Translations under genes and position numbers: made by a program
Shown: piece after piece, positions 28,930-37,635 of the stretch
Numbering within the stretch: the stretch's first letter is position 1
Layout: every line of letters starts with the position of its first letter
Virus record (IMG/VR): IMGVR_UViG_3300037358_000205
DNA length: 64,000 bases
Strand: one strand, 5' to 3'
DNA from: an uncultured virus (IMG/VR IMGVR_UViG_3300037358_000205)
Taxonomy: Duplodnaviria; Heunggongvirae; Uroviricota; Caudoviricetes
Notes under the pieces: model-generated
The model's database searches: none
What the model was told of the DNA's origin: nothing
What the model saw: only the letters and a program-made list of their open reading frames with translations

Positions 28930-29214
28930 ATGATCGACGCCAATACAGAGCCGGATGATCTCCTGGAATGGGTCTGCTTCAAGACGAGGCAGTTTGTCAT
29001 CTTCCGTTCCCTGCACTGGAAGGATGAAGCGGACGGCCTGAAACGGGTGAAGGTCAGCTACCAGCTTTACGGGAATCGGCGGAAGGTCACTGGGGAGATA
29101 TTTCTCGACGTGGACGCGGAGCGCCTGGCGCTGGCGCAAATGGCAATCGCCCGCTACACGGACGACTGGAGGCGGGGCAATAACGTCATGCTGGGGGCGT
29201 TCCCGGTAATCTGA
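28930..29214 (+). CDS. Hypothetical protein
   Basis: 94-aa ORF in operon. Confidence 0.55.
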   Translation: MIDANTEPDDLLEWVCFKTRQFVIFRSLHWKDEADGLKRVKVSYQLYGNRRKVTGEIFLDVDAERLALAQMAIARYTDDWRRGNNVMLGAFPVI

Positions 29215-29216
29215 CT

Positions 29217-29846
29217 ATGGCGCGCCCCACCCTGTCGGGTCATATCGAGCGGTTGAAGGGAATACGCGAGCAACTTGCGAAGCCCGCGGATTTCTTTGCG
29301 TCCCACCGGGAGGAATATGTCGCGGCGTTGCGGGAAATCACGGTGCGGGAAATGATGCTGATAAAGCCCGACGACCAAGAGGACGAGGAGTGGGGATTCC
29401 ATGTGCAAGTGGTCGCGGAATGCATCACGAGCGCGTTGATCTTCGAGCTTGAGACGGGGCTTCGTTTCTGGCTCTCGCCCGAGGCCCAGCCGCAAATTGA
29501 GGAAGTCGCCGGGCCAACACGCATCTTCGCCCAAGACACCGTGCAGGAGTGGGTTGCGGCGGGACGCGCCGGGGAGGACGGCGGCAAGGATTTGGATGAC
29601 CGAGACATCGGGAAAAGCGATGCGGAGATAGCGAAGCGGGTATGGTGGGCGATGTACGAGGGGCGTTCGCTAAACTCGCACGACCGCATCCGCGCCTTCC
29701 TTATCGCGCAGGGCATCGACTTAATGCGCGAGGCGCTCCCGTCGCTCCTGAATGCCTGGAAACAGAACATCATCGTGCCGATGCGCAAGGATTGGCGGAA
29801 GTACGTCGGGGAAGTGGTGCGCGGCAAAGTGAAGGTCCCTTTCTAG
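29217..29846 (+). CDS. Hypothetical neck/tail-region protein
   Basis: 209-aa ORF in operon. Confidence 0.6.
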   Translation: MARPTLSGHIERLKGIREQLAKPADFFASHREEYVAALREITVREMMLIKPDDQEDEEWGFHVQVVAECITSALIFELETGLRFWLSPEAQPQIEEVAGPTRIFAQDTVQEWVAAGRAGEDGGKDLDDRDIGKSDAEIAKRVWWAMYEGRSLNSHDRIRAFLIAQGIDLMREALPSLLNAWKQNIIVPMRKDWRKYVGEVVRGKVKVPF

Positions 29847-29869
29847 TCGAACGCCAAAAAGTAACTTTT

Positions 29870-30436
29870 ATGCCCCTAACTCTCTCAAGCCCTCCAGTTG
29901 ATCCCATCGAAACAGAACGCAGCGTCCAAGAACTCCTGAACGAGTTTTACAAAGCCTATTTTAGCGGGGCTGATTCCGTGGAGGATGGCCCCGTAAGTTA
30001 TCCCGGCTCCATGATCGAGACGCCGGATGGAGAGATTCCGTTCGTCGGCTGCAACCTCGCCTTCAATGCCACGATGCCCGACATGACGAAGCCGGTGATT
30101 CACACGGTATTCACCGACCTCAAGCCGGATCGGACGTGGGAGACTTCGACGGCCGGCATTGTGACCCAGCGCAACTACCGAGTGCCGGCGTGCATGACGG
30201 TGTACGTGCGGGTGCAGAACAAGGGGCAGGCGGATGGACAGAGCGATTTCATGGCGCGGAGGGTGGCGGATCAGGTGCGGTATCTATTCGAGTCGCCAAC
30301 CCTGCGGGGGGCGATTGCGCAGAAGGGCATTACGCGAGCGAGGATTGTGCGCGGGCCGCTGCCACAGGGATTTCCGGGGTATCAGGTCCGAATGATGATC
30401 GTGGATTACGTGCTGACCTACGCAATATCCCTATGA
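29870..30436 (+). CDS. Tail terminator-like protein
   Basis: Alpha/beta pattern (TVYVRV...ARRVADQVR) and position; inferred. Confidence 0.45.
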   Translation: MPLTLSSPPVDPIETERSVQELLNEFYKAYFSGADSVEDGPVSYPGSMIETPDGEIPFVGCNLAFNATMPDMTKPVIHTVFTDLKPDRTWETSTAGIVTQRNYRVPACMTVYVRVQNKGQADGQSDFMARRVADQVRYLFESPTLRGAIAQKGITRARIVRGPLPQGFPGYQVRMMIVDYVLTYAISL

Positions 30437-31008
30437 GGATCATCGGGCTTTGTGGGAAACCACGGGCGGGAAAGAACGCGGTTGCGGAGATCGCGGCGCA
30501 GTTGGTGCCTGGGACGGCCATCATTACTTTCTCGGATGAGATTGTGGAGGAATGCGCAATGACTCTGGCCGTGAACAGGCCGTGGGAGACGCGGAAATGG
30601 ATTGAGCGGATTAACGCGGACAAGGAGCATTACCGCCCGTTCCTGCAATGGTACGGGTTTGACCATAAGCGTCAGGAGGACGCGGAGTATTGGGTGAAGA
30701 AGATCGAGGCGAAACTCGACGCGGCGGAAGCGGCAGGCGCGCCCTTGGCCGTGGTGTGCGGGGTGCGGGCCTTCAATGAGTGGGTAATGATTAAGAGGCG
30801 CGGCGGGGTGGTGTTGCAGGTCGTCAGGGGGGTACAGGAATGGGTGCCGTCTTATGAGCACGCCAGCGAGAACCAGAAGATCCCGATAGACGGGACGATC
30901 AAGAACATGGATGGCATTGGAGCATTGCGCCGGGGAGTGGAGCGGGTTGTGCGCTATGCGATGCGGGAGGAGCCCGCCGAAGACAAAACAGCCACGGTGA
31001 CAAAATAG
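30433..31008 (+). CDS. Deoxynucleoside monophosphate kinase
   Basis: MRIIGLCGKPRAGKN, FSDEI, RPFLQWYG, YWVK, GVR..NE, HASE motifs of phage dNMP kinases. Confidence 0.85.
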   Translation: MRIIGLCGKPRAGKNAVAEIAAQLVPGTAIITFSDEIVEECAMTLAVNRPWETRKWIERINADKEHYRPFLQWYGFDHKRQEDAEYWVKKIEAKLDAAEAAGAPLAVVCGVRAFNEWVMIKRRGGVVLQVVRGVQEWVPSYEHASENQKIPIDGTIKNMDGIGALRRGVERVVRYAMREEPAEDKTATVTK

Positions 31009-31046
31009 TTGCCAGTGGGGTGCAGGCGGAATAGAAATCGAACCTC

Positions 31047-31547
31047 ATGACAACTCCTGCCGCCACTCCTCCGACCCCGATTCTGATTTCCGATTTCGAG
31101 CAACTCCGCAAGCTCGTGATGGCAAACCGCTTTTGGGATTTCTCTCTGACCAAAGGCTCCGGCATCGAGGCAGACGAGAAGGAACCAAAGCAGCGGTTGC
31201 GGATCGAGTTGCGGGCGTTGACGGCGGATGAAGTGCAGGAGTGCAACAAGATCACGGACAAGATTCGTCCTCCGTCCGAAACGGACAAGAAGACGAACCA
31301 AACCACCTACGACACCGAGGACCCGGAGTATCAGGAGCGGATGAAGGTGGGGCTTCGGCAGAAGAAAACGGCGTGGTTCGTAAAGGGCCTTATCTCCTTC
31401 CAGATTCCCGGCGACACGCTGCAAGAGCAGGCGGTCAATCTCTACAAGCAAATGCCCATCGGCGTGATCGAGGACATCTATAACGCGCTGATGGAGTTGA
31501 CGGGCGATCCCTTCAAGGACGCGCTTTTTACCTCCACCGGGAACTAG
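31047..31547 (+). CDS. Tail assembly chaperone (gpG-like)
   Basis: IELRALT motif, upstream of tape measure, slippery CTT TTT near the 3' end. Confidence 0.7.
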   Translation: MTTPAATPPTPILISDFEQLRKLVMANRFWDFSLTKGSGIEADEKEPKQRLRIELRALTADEVQECNKITDKIRPPSETDKKTNQTTYDTEDPEYQERMKVGLRQKKTAWFVKGLISFQIPGDTLQEQAVNLYKQMPIGVIEDIYNALMELTGDPFKDALFTSTGN

Positions 31548-31927
31548 CACCGCATCCCGAGTTTGCCCGGTGGAAGCCGTCTGAAAAGGGATATGCGCCT
31601 GCACCCTCATGGGATTACCTCGAAGCCGAAGCGTGGATTGTTGCGGGGTATCCCGGCCTTTCGGCGTGGGACAGGGAGAGCGGATACAACAAGGCCCGCG
31701 TCCTGGCCCACTACCTTGAGAAACTCCATCGAGAGGGATACGAAGCGGACGCGGCCCGCAAGAACAAGAAGGAGAAGGGGAGCGCCAAGGACAAGGCAAA
31801 CCCCGACTCCGCGGCAAACGACAGTTTCCGCTACCGGCAAGCCATCCAGCAGGACGCATGGGCGGCCCGTCTTGCGCGCAAGAAAAAGCGCGACGGATCG
31901 AGCACGGATGGGGTACAATCATCTTAG
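31529..31927 (+). CDS. -1 frameshift extension of the tail chaperone (gpGT-like)
   Basis: 132 sense codons in the -1 frame (YLHRELAPHPEF...KARVLAHYLE...VQSS*) with no ATG of its own. Confidence 0.7.
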   Translation, partial: YLHRELAPHPEFARWKPSEKGYAPAPSWDYLEAEAWIVAGYPGLSAWDRESGYNKARVLAHYLEKLHREGYEADAARKNKKEKGSAKDKANPDSAANDSFRYRQAIQQDAWAARLARKKKRDGSSTDGVQSS

Positions 31928-32038
31928 CAGAGGCTTGGCGGCCTTTGTGTGTGTGGGCCGCGCCGGAATGTCGCAAGATACCCGGCGCGGCCCTAACTTT
32001 TGTCGATGATCGACGACATTGAGAGGGGGTGAGAATGA

Positions 32039-32227
32039 ATGGCAACAAAACCAGAACCTAAACCCAATCCCTTCCCGGTAAGAACAACCGGAAAAGCCAA
32101 GCCGGCGCCGGAGGCAACACCCCCGAAGCAAGCTCCGAAGGCGGCGGCTCCCCAGCCTCACGTGCTCTCGGAGGCGGACAAGGTAATCAGGAGCAAGGGC
32201 GTAAAACCCCGCAAGCGCAGGCGATAA
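32039..32227 (+). CDS. Small basic Pro/Lys-rich protein
   Basis: 62-aa ORF with purine-rich RBS. Confidence 0.45.
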   Translation: MATKPEPKPNPFPVRTTGKAKPAPEATPPKQAPKAAAPQPHVLSEADKVIRSKGVKPRKRRR

Positions 32228-32254
32228 TCAAAAAGTAACTTTTCGCCTCAGTCG

Positions 32255-32292
32255 AGCGGTCCACGCTTTCCCGCGTGGACCGCTTCTTTTTT
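32255..32292 (+). terminator. Intrinsic terminator directly upstream of the tape measure gene
   Basis: AGCGGTCCACGC-tttccc-GCGTGGACCGCT then TCTTTTTT. Confidence 0.8.
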
Positions 32293-32329
32293 GGTCGCAA
32301 AAGTGGGTGCTTTGTGAAATCGCGAGCCC

Positions 32330-35300
32330 ATGCCATCCGTTGAAAGCGAAACCATTGAACTCAGGGCGGTAAGTAAATTCGTTTCGGCGGGCATTGATGA
32401 GGCGATTACGAAGTACGAGAAGCTGTTCGATCTTCACTCGAAGCTGAACAATCTCACCATTCGCGTCCACGCGGAGGGGTTCGCGGAGTTGAACCGGGAA
32501 TTGACGGGCATCCAGGTGGCGACGGCGCGGATCGCGACCATGAAGGGCTTCGACCAGATGAACCGCCAGATCACCAACATGACGCGGAACATCGGCCTGC
32601 AAAAGAAGGCGCTGGCGGAAGCGGAGGATGCCCATATCAAACGGGATTACGAGGGCGAGGTTCGGCAGCGGGGTGGTGGTCAAGATGCGGCCAGTGGATT
32701 GGCGAGGCGCGAGAGGAAGCGGTTGGATGCGATGCAGGCGGACATCGACCGCGAGCAAGCCTTGCTGGATAAGACCGAGGCCATGAGGGACGGCTTCCTC
32801 AAGGCCACGCAGATGCAGAAGATTGCGAAGGCGTCTCCGGCGACCGTCATTGCGGAGTCGAGCGAGGCGAAGAAGAAGATGGATGCCGCTGAGGCGGAAA
32901 TGGCGGGCAACGTGAAGAAAACGACCGGCGCGATCGGGGGGCAGACGGCGGCGACCAAGAAGAAGGCCCAGGAGACGGACAAGCTCGCGGGTTCGCTTGA
33001 GAAGACGAAGCAGAAGGAGAAAGAGGCGGCGGACCAAATGGCGAAGAATCGCGCCAAAATGGAAGAGGCGATGGGCGAGGAGGGTGGGGCTGGCGGGTTG
33101 CTGTATACGCAGACCAACGCGGATGAGGAAATCGTCGGGGCGAAGTTCCAGAAATCGCCCTCCGAGACGACGATGGTGCGCGGGGATAGCGAGGTCACGA
33201 CGAAGAACCATCTTGCCGAGGCGACCGAGAAGGCGAGGGCGGCACAGCAGAAGTACGACCGGCAGATGAACGCGGCCAGGTACGACCGTCAGGCGCAATT
33301 GCAGTTCTCGAAGGATTACGTGAAGACGATGGAGGATCAACGCGCTGCATTGGAGGAAGCCGGATTGGCGGGCGAAAACAAGGCTTGGACTTCGGTGACG
33401 GGCAAGCTGGGGAAGGGTGAATCCAATGTCGCGAAAACCGAGGCGGATATTGCGCGGCAAAGGCAGCAGGATGAGGCCGCGCTCCAACGGCTTAGGTCGG
33501 TGGCGTTGATTAAGAATGCGACCGATGAGGAGAAGGCGGCGGCAAAGCAGGCGAAGATGGAATCCGATTCGGTGGATGCCATCCAGCGGCAGCGGAGCGC
33601 CGCGCTCATCAAGAGCGCGAACGATGCTGAGCGGGCCGCGAAAAAGCAGGAGAAGACCGAATCTGATTCAGTCGAGGCGTTGCAGCGGCAACGGAGTTCC
33701 TCGCTCATCAAGATCAAGAACGACGAGATCAAGGAGGCAGAGCGGGTCGCGGAGGAAAAAATGCGAATCGTCCAGGCCGAAGCCGCGAAGCAGGGGTTGA
33801 GGCTGGCGCCGGACGCGAAGGTGATTGGGACCAGCGCGGTTCAGGAGAACGGGCGGATGACATCCCAAACCACGACCTATCAGCAGATCGTTGATGGCGA
33901 GAAGCAGAAGATTTCGGCGGTCGAGGGATACAACGCGGCGGGTGAGCGCACATCGTTTGTTGTCCGTCAAATCAACAAGGATGTGACGGACCTTGGGCGC
34001 ACGGGTGATTGGGCGGCACGCTCCTTCCTTCACAATACTTTCGTGGTCGGCGCGTGGGCGGCGAGCGTGGGGACGTTCTACGCGGGGGTTGGCGTAATGG
34101 TGAAGGCGTTCACGAGCAGCAGCGACATCGAGCGGAAGTTTGCGACGACCAAGACCGTCTTTCACGACACGGAGGAAGAGGCGCTTAGGTTGCGGGATGG
34201 CGTGCTGGAGCTGGCGGCGGCGGAAGGGCGCACAGCGGATGAGGCGATGGACGCCGCGACGAAGTTTTCGCGACTGGGGCTCTCTCGCGTGGAAGTGCTC
34301 GAAGCGGTTACGGCCGCATTGAAGGCGTCGAACATCGCTCAGATTTCGACCGCGGAAAGCGCGGACTATTTGAGCGCGATCCTTGTGGGCTATGGGCTTC
34401 ACGCGAAAGACCTCCACGTGGTCCTGAATCAGTTGAACGCAATCGCGATCAGCTACAACGTGACCAACGCGGATATGCTCGAAGGCATCTCGCGCGTATC
34501 GAGCATCGCACAGCGGGCCAAGCTCCCGCTGCAAGAACTCATGGGCATCATCGGGGCCGGCGTGGGCTACACCGGACGTCCCGGCAGCGAGTTCGGCAAC
34601 GCGATGAAGGCGATGATTGTGACGCTGGGTACGCCGAGTAAACAGAAGAAGTTGAGCGAGAACTTCGGGATCGAGGTCAAGGATGACGCCGGGGAGATGA
34701 AGACCATGAGCCAGATCCTCGCGGAAGTGTACGAGAAATACACGGCCCTCACGAGCGCAGAGCAGGCGAACATGCTGCAAATGATCGGCCAGAAGCAGCA
34801 AAGCTCCCGGCTGGCGGCCGTGCTGGATAACTACGTGCAATCCCAGGTGCTCTCCATTCGGGCGCAGACGGATCAAAACAGCGCAGAGCGGGAGAACCTG
34901 AATATCCGCTCCACGATGAGCAGCCAGTTACAAACCCTGCAATCGGAGTTTGAGCGGTTCAGCACGAACATGGTTGCGAGCGGTGATAGCTGGGCGATGA
35001 CGAACGGCATCCAGACCGCGTTGAAGGTGATAAGCGACGCGCTGCGAGTGATGGCGGATCATCCGACCGCGATGACGGCGATTGCGGGGTTGATCGCGCT
35101 GATGGCGGGGCGACTCCTGTTGATGGCGGCGAGCTTCGAGAGCGCGGCGGGAAAGGGCAATATCTTCACGAACTCCGCCAAGCAAGTGAAGCTGGCGGTG
35201 ACGCAGATGATGGAGGCGATGGCGGCATCCAACGTGGAGATGAAGGCTTCGATCAAGGGCTTCTTCCAGGGGGGCGTTGCGGCGCGGATCGCGGCGGCGG

Positions 35301-37612
35301 ATGTGGAAGGTGCGGCGATGAGCTTCGGGACGCTGGGAACGGTTGTTGGGTTCGCGGCTTCCTCTATCCTGAAACTGCTGGCCGTAGTGCCGGAGCTCGC
35401 CGCGATCAGCCTTGCGATGTGGGGAGTAACGAAGGTATTCGATGCGATGTCCGCCGACGCCGAGCGGGCCAATGACAAGATAACGGGCCTTAACGACGAG
35501 ATCGAGCGGAGCAATAACCTTGCGAACGCGGCGGGGCAGAGTGCGCGGCTCTTTGAAACCATTGGCAATGCGGTTCCGAATCTGGACACGAAGGGCTTCC
35601 AGCGTGCGGCGGAAGGGGTGGCGGAAGTTGTGGCCCCCGGCGACAAGGAGAGGCAGGCTGCGATAGATAAGGAATTGGAGAACTTGCACGAGCGCGGGCG
35701 GCTCGAGGAAATCCAATCCAAGCTCAAGGCATACCAAGCGGAGTTCACGGCGCGGGCAAACGTCGAGAGGGAAAAGTCGCTGGACCTGACGCGCCAAACG
35801 CTCGCGGTGGAGAATGCGCACCTTGAAACGATCCAGAAGCAGATCGAGGCAAAGAACAAGCTGGGACGCCCGGTGGGCGAAGAGAAGATCGAGGAGGGGC
35901 AAATCAACGACCGGATCAAGGCGCTGAGCGAGCAGCGGGATCAACAGTTCAGTGAGTTGGGGGATGACACGCCCGAGGAAGAACCTGAAACCCCGGAATC
36001 AGAGTACGCGAAAGGAGTCGTGAGCGGGGCACAGAAAGGAATCGAGGACTTTGCCAACAAGACCCCGGCTTATGACGCGACCGACAAGCTCAATAACGAG
36101 CTGAATGCGCTTCGCGCCAAAAAGCAACTTTTGGAAGGCAATGCCGCGCTGGCGAAAAAGGAATACGACGACGCCAATGGGGCGGCGGCGGCGCGGACGA
36201 ATGCGGTAAAGAAAGAGCTTGATGCCGCGCATAATGCCAAATTGGACGCGAAGTACATGAAGGCGTACGGGGCAAAGGATACAGCCGACGCCGAGTTGGC
36301 GGTATTACAGGATCAGCAGAGGCAGGACGCCGAAGATGCGGCGGCGCGGGAGTTCTGGCACAAGCCGACCGCGCAGGAGAAGCAGGCAAGGGGATGGCAG
36401 CGTGTGGGGAATATCGGAAACCGGATCAAGGAGGCGGGAGACTACTTTATTCACGAAGGCATCGAAGGCCCGGGCGAGAAGGAGAAGCGGCTTGCGCAAG
36501 AGAAAAAGGAGATGGATGAAGCGGTGGCCCGCCAGAAGGAAACGAGCCAGCGGTTGCAGGAAATCGAGAGCCGTAACGCGGCCTATTACGGCGGGCTCAA
36601 GGCAAAGCAGGCGGCGTTGGATGCGGCGACCGAAGCCGAGAAAGCCGCGACCGCAGGGCTCAAGGAGAAATCGGACGCCCTGGCCGACGCGACACAGAAA
36701 GCTGACGACTACGCAAAGGCTGAGGCAGAGATTGCCCAGCAGATGCGCGTGGTTGCGGCGGCGGATGCGCAGGACGAGGGAATCCGCGAGGCGAAGTATG
36801 TGGGCGAGCGCACCAAATACGGCGGCAACGAAACCGAGAAGCTGTGGAACCAATCGCAGGGGTGGATGAGTTCACTGCCGGGCCTTGGCGTGAACCTGGA
36901 CCGCATGACGGATGCCGAGCCGGGGGCCGACAAGCTGGCGGCGCAAGCGGCGTTGCTCCCCAAGATCGAGACGGAAGCACAGATCCGCGAGACGATCAGG
37001 AACCTCAACGAAACCGTGCTTGCGATGACCCAGCGGAGCGCGGAACTGGAAGCGGAAAAACTGGACACCTTGCAGAAGCAGACCGAGGAGCGGACTAAGG
37101 CGCTGCTGATGGGAAGCCGCGAGGAGCAGATGGGGGCGGCGATGCTTGCGCGATTCCAGCAACAGCGCGGCAACAAGGCATTCACGGCAGAGGAGTTCAG
37201 CTTCCTCGACCAGAAGACGCGCAAGAGCATCGAGACGTTCGACCCCAGCGCGGCGCCGGATGGCCTCAACACACCGACCCAGGCCGTGGACAACGAGATT
37301 GGGGAGAATAAGGCAATGCTCCAATCGCTCACGGACGCGGTGAAAGCGATGACCGAGGCCGCGAGAACGAGGAACATCAACCCGGAGGCGGATGCCGCGA
37401 CCTACGCGGGGACGCCTCCCGACAGCAAGCCCCCGGTGCCTGAAATCGCACTGAACGTGGGCGGGGTCCATATCGACATCGGGGACCAATTTGCGCGGAT
37501 TACGAGCCAGTTCGGAAGGGTTGTGGCACAGCAACTCCAGCCGCAATTGGACAGCATGAGCAACCGGATCGCGACCCTTGAGCGCCCGCTGAACAACCAA
37601 GCGCACAAGTGA
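32330..37612 (+). CDS. Tape measure protein (TP901-type core)
   Basis: 1760-aa Ala-rich helical protein; FSRLG, GSEFGNAMK, FGIEVKD..GEMK core motifs; follows the chaperone. Confidence 0.9.
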   Translation: MPSVESETIELRAVSKFVSAGIDEAITKYEKLFDLHSKLNNLTIRVHAEGFAELNRELTGIQVATARIATMKGFDQMNRQITNMTRNIGLQKKALAEAEDAHIKRDYEGEVRQRGGGQDAASGLARRERKRLDAMQADIDREQALLDKTEAMRDGFLKATQMQKIAKASPATVIAESSEAKKKMDAAEAEMAGNVKKTTGAIGGQTAATKKKAQETDKLAGSLEKTKQKEKEAADQMAKNRAKMEEAMGEEGGAGGLLYTQTNADEEIVGAKFQKSPSETTMVRGDSEVTTKNHLAEATEKARAAQQKYDRQMNAARYDRQAQLQFSKDYVKTMEDQRAALEEAGLAGENKAWTSVTGKLGKGESNVAKTEADIARQRQQDEAALQRLRSVALIKNATDEEKAAAKQAKMESDSVDAIQRQRSAALIKSANDAERAAKKQEKTESDSVEALQRQRSSSLIKIKNDEIKEAERVAEEKMRIVQAEAAKQGLRLAPDAKVIGTSAVQENGRMTSQTTTYQQIVDGEKQKISAVEGYNAAGERTSFVVRQINKDVTDLGRTGDWAARSFLHNTFVVGAWAASVGTFYAGVGVMVKAFTSSSDIERKFATTKTVFHDTEEEALRLRDGVLELAAAEGRTADEAMDAATKFSRLGLSRVEVLEAVTAALKASNIAQISTAESADYLSAILVGYGLHAKDLHVVLNQLNAIAISYNVTNADMLEGISRVSSIAQRAKLPLQELMGIIGAGVGYTGRPGSEFGNAMKAMIVTLGTPSKQKKLSENFGIEVKDDAGEMKTMSQILAEVYEKYTALTSAEQANMLQMIGQKQQSSRLAAVLDNYVQSQVLSIRAQTDQNSAERENLNIRSTMSSQLQTLQSEFERFSTNMVASGDSWAMTNGIQTALKVISDALRVMADHPTAMTAIAGLIALMAGRLLLMAASFESAAGKGNIFTNSAKQVKLAVTQMMEAMAASNVEMKASIKGFFQGGVAARIAAADVEGAAMSFGTLGTVVGFAASSILKLLAVVPELAAISLAMWGVTKVFDAMSADAERANDKITGLNDEIERSNNLANAAGQSARLFETIGNAVPNLDTKGFQRAAEGVAEVVAPGDKERQAAIDKELENLHERGRLEEIQSKLKAYQAEFTARANVEREKSLDLTRQTLAVENAHLETIQKQIEAKNKLGRPVGEEKIEEGQINDRIKALSEQRDQQFSELGDDTPEEEPETPESEYAKGVVSGAQKGIEDFANKTPAYDATDKLNNELNALRAKKQLLEGNAALAKKEYDDANGAAAARTNAVKKELDAAHNAKLDAKYMKAYGAKDTADAELAVLQDQQRQDAEDAAAREFWHKPTAQEKQARGWQRVGNIGNRIKEAGDYFIHEGIEGPGEKEKRLAQEKKEMDEAVARQKETSQRLQEIESRNAAYYGGLKAKQAALDAATEAEKAATAGLKEKSDALADATQKADDYAKAEAEIAQQMRVVAAADAQDEGIREAKYVGERTKYGGNETEKLWNQSQGWMSSLPGLGVNLDRMTDAEPGADKLAAQAALLPKIETEAQIRETIRNLNETVLAMTQRSAELEAEKLDTLQKQTEERTKALLMGSREEQMGAAMLARFQQQRGNKAFTAEEFSFLDQKTRKSIETFDPSAAPDGLNTPTQAVDNEIGENKAMLQSLTDAVKAMTEAARTRNINPEADAATYAGTPPDSKPPVPEIALNVGGVHIDIGDQFARITSQFGRVVAQQLQPQLDSMSNRIATLERPLNNQAHK

Positions 37613-37635
37613 TCGACTTCGAAAAGTAACTTTTT

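Noticed and set aside
31563..32009. ORF-track 148-aa ORF as a real gene
   Set aside because: Arg-rich low-complexity frame overlapping the more plausible -1 frameshift extension
33460..33735. Three approximately 33-aa repeats in the tape measure
   Set aside because: Internal helical repeats are ordinary for tape measure proteins
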